DNA of 55,692 nucleotides from a virus (Duplodnaviria; Heunggongvirae; Uroviricota; Caudoviricetes): IMG/VR virus record IMGVR_UViG_2693429768_000005; one strand, 5' to 3'. Shown piece by piece: positions 54,536 to 55,692 of this stretch (position 1 is its first letter; each line of letters starts with the position of its first letter). The notes under the pieces were generated by a model. It saw only the letters and a program-made list of their open reading frames with translations, ran no database searches and was not told where the DNA came from. The position numbers and the translations under genes were made by a program.

Positions 54536-55692
54536 TAATCAGCCAGTTTATTCATCGCCTCGATTTGTTCCCTCACGTAATCATATTGATCATAGATAGC
54601 CATCATCCCCGCCAGTTTATGACCCAAAACCTTTTCGGCTACGTGCGGCGCAACGCCAAGCGCTGAAAGGTTTGTCCTTACAGTGCGGCGTAGATCGTGA
54701 CACGACCACGGCTCGCCGCCCATCCTTAGCATCAAATCCCTTGCGGCTGTTTTCGGCACGCTCCTGTCTACCGCTTCATCCCTTCCAGAAAGCACGGGAA
54801 CGAAGATAAAATTAAAGCCGTGCAAATCCATAGCCTCACGCAATAAATCAACGCTAACGGCAGATAAACCGCGTTTAAACTCATTTCTGTTCTTACTCAA
54901 TGCACCCGGCACGGTCCACACACAATTATCAAGATCAAAATGCTCGCGTTTTGCGTTTGTTAGCTCGCTTGTTCTGCATCCGGTGAATATAATCAGCTTC
55001 ATCAATATCTGATTTAGCCGCGCCATTTTTGAGCTATCTATAATGCTGATCAGATGGTGAATCTCTTGTATTGATAAAACGCGCTTCCTTTGCGCCGGGT
55101 TTTTGCCAACGTCTTTCACGCGTAGCAATGATATGTCGTCACGCTCCACGCGGCGGCGGCGCATGGCATATTTTATAACCGCCTTCATCCTGTTTAAGAC
55201 TATCCCGGCCTGAACGGGCGCGCCACCATTAGCTACCTTTCTAAAAATTCCCTCCCACATTATGGCGTCCATATCATCAACAATATAGCTACCGCATGGT
55301 TTGACAATATGCTTGCTTAACATCGCTTCGACTTGCTTATGGTTGACCATGTTTCTTGCCTGCGGTGATTCCATATATTCCCTGACAATATCTTCAACGG
55401 TCGCCCGTGTCGTAACGCGGGAAAGGTGCATTCTTTTTACGATCGATGGATCTCGCCCTGAGTTTAATATTTCCTTATGTTCCGCCACCGCCGCGCGGGC
55501 TTCTTTGAGCGTTATTTCTCCGTAAGTGCCAATCTTCATCCGTCGCGGCTTGCCGTTGAATCGGTAGCGATACTGGAAAGATATAACGCCGTGCGGGCTT
55601 ATCCTGGCAGACAATCCGCCCGCGTCCGGGACTTCTTCCGGGCCGTCATATGGCTTGCCGTGGATGTTTCGTAATTTGGTATCTGTAAGCAT
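54493..55692 (-). CDS. int: tyrosine integrase (P4-type with N-terminal arm-binding domain)
   Basis: 399 aa; arm-type N-domain; catalytic-domain residues incl. HDLRRT and C-terminal Tyr region; ATG at window edge. Confidence 0.9.
   Translation of the reverse strand: MLTDTKLRNIHGKPYDGPEEVPDAGGLSARISPHGVISFQYRYRFNGKPRRMKIGTYGEITLKEARAAVAEHKEILNSGRDPSIVKRMHLSRVTTRATVEDIVREYMESPQARNMVNHKQVEAMLSKHIVKPCGSYIVDDMDAIMWEGIFRKVANGGAPVQAGIVLNRMKAVIKYAMRRRRVERDDISLLRVKDVGKNPAQRKRVLSIQEIHHLISIIDSSKMARLNQILMKLIIFTGCRTSELTNAKREHFDLDNCVWTVPGALSKNRNEFKRGLSAVSVDLLREAMDLHGFNFIFVPVLSGRDEAVDRSVPKTAARDLMLRMGGEPWSCHDLRRTVRTNLSALGVAPHVAEKVLGHKLAGMMAIYDQYDYVREQIEAMNKLADYYMKPIDLQNEITS

Noticed and set aside
1-55692. 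Transposase/IS element or cargo operon of large enzymatic defence genes
   Set aside because: No transposase-like ORF, terminal inverted repeats, or large ATPase/nuclease defence proteins found; accessory content consists of small ORFs.

Overview
This window is almost entirely one lambdoid (siphovirus-type) prophage of an enterobacterial host, starting about 1.45 kb in, immediately after a host abgT transporter gene, and running past the window's right edge. All calls are from reading the sequence and ORF translations and comparing with protein families from memory; no database search was run. Left to right: tail fibre with a C-terminal S74 chaperone domain, a divergently transcribed small lipoprotein, and a lambda-like tail block (J, I, K, L, M, tape measure H) on the minus strand, interrupted by three plus-strand moron cassettes and an HNH-AP2 endonuclease gene. 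Then tail/head-completion genes, major capsid, decoration, scaffold, MuF-like protein, portal, and terminase large and small subunits. Upstream of terS lies the most unusual feature: nine tightly coupled mini-ORFs (20-33 aa) encoding paralogous single-helix hydrophobic peptides, preceded by a coupled HExxH-motif protein. Further right: Rz/Rz1, SAR endolysin and pinholin with a pR-prime/tR-prime-like unit, about 19 small ORFs, lambda-type Q, RusA, NinG, a Dam-like methyltransferase, SSB, Erf, an N-like antiterminator, and cI. Divergent from cI on the plus strand are replication genes (initiator, DnaB-type helicase), an antirepressor, an HTH-metallophosphoesterase, a second HNH-AP2 endonuclease, an AT-rich island, NinB, an excisionase-like gene and a tyrosine integrase at the window edge. 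A short motif (core ACAAAATG) recurs at least 17 times in intergenic regions, and a 34-bp element is duplicated upstream of the HNH and portal genes. No rRNA, tRNA, CRISPR array or transposase was seen.
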